From positions 124,001 through 188,000 of the forward strand of contig NW_026865278.1 of the NCBI RefSeq assembly GCF_026571515.1: a stretch of DNA of 64,000 nucleotides, read 5' to 3'. The notes beneath the pieces are model-generated. The model had not been told where the DNA came from. It did not search any database and saw nothing but the letters and a program-made list of their open reading frames with translations. Made by a program: the position numbers and the translations under genes. Of this stretch, positions 61,955 through 64,000 are shown in pieces (position 1 is the stretch's first letter; each line of letters starts with the position of its first letter). The DNA is from Ruditapes philippinarum. Lineage: Eukaryota.

Positions 61955-63940
61955 CTAAAACGTATGAGCATTACGGCACACTCCACATCCGAGGGCAAAT
62001 TCTTCACCAGTTGGAGGATGTTTAACATGTAGAGGGCATTCATCACCTTCAAGCTGTTTGCCGCGAGGGCCACATGGACACTTCGGTAGCTCGGATTTGG
62101 GAATACTCGTCACTTGTTGAAAGTTATCGTGACAAAGGTTACAGAAGTGGGTTGTCCCGAAACAGAAAAATACTGCCACAGAGCAACAGTAGCGACATTT
62201 GTATTCAAGAAAATCTGTACCATGCTTCGGGCACATCTGAAATTTTAAATAAATTTTTTTGTGTGTATACAAATAAAAAATGCTCATAATTAAATTACTG
62301 AAAAATATATGACCTTTCCTTTACTTATATGAATCAAAAAGTAATACATAAGTCGGTAAATGTTCAAAACAAAGTGCAGTAAAAAGCTTTTCTGCTTATC
62401 CTTGTATATTTGATAGAAATCTTGCTGTCTGAATCTGTAATTTACATATGATATATTTTATGTAACAATGTTTTTGATTGGTCGGCTATTACTCTATATA
62501 TTGTAAAGCCATTAACGATTGGTATCTAATACTAGACAGTTAATGATATTCTATGATCATCCTTCAGAAAAATACTTTAATCACAGAATTTTATTGAAAT
62601 ATACGAAATTCTTGCTGAATATGTCTTATTTGAATAAAAGAATGAATAAACTATGTAAGGGAAGCAGCATTCCATTTACAGGTCAAGTAAAGTTTGTCTA
62701 TTCTTAAAAAAAAAACTGCCTGTTTTTTAAATGACACTATATATTCATATATAGATATGAGACAACATATAGTGTGTAGAGTTTTAAACACAACAAATCT
62801 ACTTTGTGTGGAGTCAAAACATATTCATTTCATATTTACAAAGACACTGTGCAGCAATTATCAATATTTTCTAATATCAAATTTGAGCATAGTATACCTT
62901 TAAATTTAGAGCCATTCTTTATGAAAAGTGTGAAATAAGATCTTACCTGAGCCATGGTAACATCCGAGCATGCCCCACACACCAGTTCAGTAGGATCAAA
63001 CTGATCTCCACCCCCTATCTGCTCATCACAGCGAGCCTCACCTCCATAATATGCCTACAAAAATTAATGTTTTATCTTGAAAACAACCGCCATATCAACA
63101 TAATAACCTATCAGTATAAGAACAATCAAACAAATTTTTAGCAAACATTAAAAAAAAACTTCAATGTCTAGCAAAACAAGAATGACATAGATATAATATT
63201 ATAAACATTAAAACTATAAATACATGTTGCTTTTCTTAACATCAGTCTATATAGCCAAATAAGAGGCTCCTTTGGACTTGATGCAAGAAGTTTGTAAAAC
63301 TCTACTTTACCACAGTAACACTGAATGAATTCTGAAAAGTGTCATTTTGGTACAGTTAAAAGTTAAGGTAGTCTTACTGTAATCCTTTCCTGCCATAAAG
63401 TCTCAACATTAGCCAATATCATAAGAAATTGATCATTTTGGGACAATATGTTTCACAATATTGGTATTCAATAATTTTAACAGATTTTAACTAGTATTTA
63501 GTACAAAGCGATAAAGGATAACTGATTGTAAATAATTGAATGCCCAAGATTTTGACAAAATAGCGTTCTGGAAAAAAACGGATTTGCACCGATATTGGCC
63601 TATGTAAGAATTTCTTTGGCATGAAAGCATTACAGTAAGACTACCGTAACTCCTATTACATTCAACATCTATAATGACTAAATTTTCTTACATATTGAAC
63701 AATGCAAACAATTGACAAATAAAACCTAACCTTTTTGCACTTATAACAAACATAGTAGGCATATCTGTCCATTGCAAAACCAGCAGGATCTTTGTAAAAC
63801 CTAGCTCCTGGTGTGATGATAGCATCAGCTTTGTGTAACCCTTCATACTCCAGCCTCATTAAAGCCTTCCTATGTACATCTTCATACAGCTGTTGTATAG
63901 GTCGTAACAAATCTCTTAACACCGGGTGATCAATATTGCT
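61955..63940 (-). CDS. MYCBP2: E3 ubiquitin ligase MYCBP2 (PAM/Highwire/RPM-1), last three coding exons; gene continues beyond the window
   Basis: Exons 63940-63731, 63054-62947, 62236-61955, all phase 0. Sequence [11 protein letters not shown]...[21 protein letters not shown]...[43 protein letters not shown]...[21 protein letters not shown] is the highly conserved PHR-family C-terminus (tandem-cysteine domain). Confidence 0.97.
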
Positions 63941-64000
63941 CTGTAAAATAGTGTCATATTACAGATAAAGACCTAATAAATGTTGTAAAATATTGTCATA

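Noticed and set aside
1-64000. A novel prokaryote-style defence or RT-associated system
   Set aside because: The only RT is an ordinary truncated LINE. All genes are spliced metazoan genes and there is no operon-like organisation.

Overview
AT-rich, intron-containing animal genomic DNA, not prokaryotic. The repeat landscape (tRNA-derived SINEs, TGACCTTGAC-rich Helentron/HINE-like elements, MITEs) suggests a bivalve mollusc, which is an inference. I reconstructed spliced genes by hand from GT-AG boundaries and phase arithmetic. (1) An 8-9 kb tandem duplication (575-9265 and 9489-17552), each copy carrying a 4-exon CD225/dispanin (IFITM/PRRT-like) gene with an N-terminal PPxY motif. (2) A head-to-head pair of 6-exon secreted two-FAS1 (fasciclin) genes whose ATGs are 444 bp apart. 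(3) A 5'-truncated CR1/L2-type LINE. (4) A 5-exon lipocalin (ApoD-like) gene. (5) A 13-exon INF2-like formin with a long N-terminal extension and one frameshift at the FH1/FH2 junction. (6) The last three exons of MYCBP2/Highwire. Most short ORFs in the supplied track are intronic or repeat noise. I found no CRISPR, rRNA or real tRNA gene, and no convincing wholly new multi-gene system. The best leads are the duplicated dispanin locus (one copy ends in a stop codon supplied by an inserted hairpin element), the divergent fasciclin pair, an intron built from repeated decoy splice acceptors, and nested satellite-carrying transposons. Some features point to local assembly indel errors.
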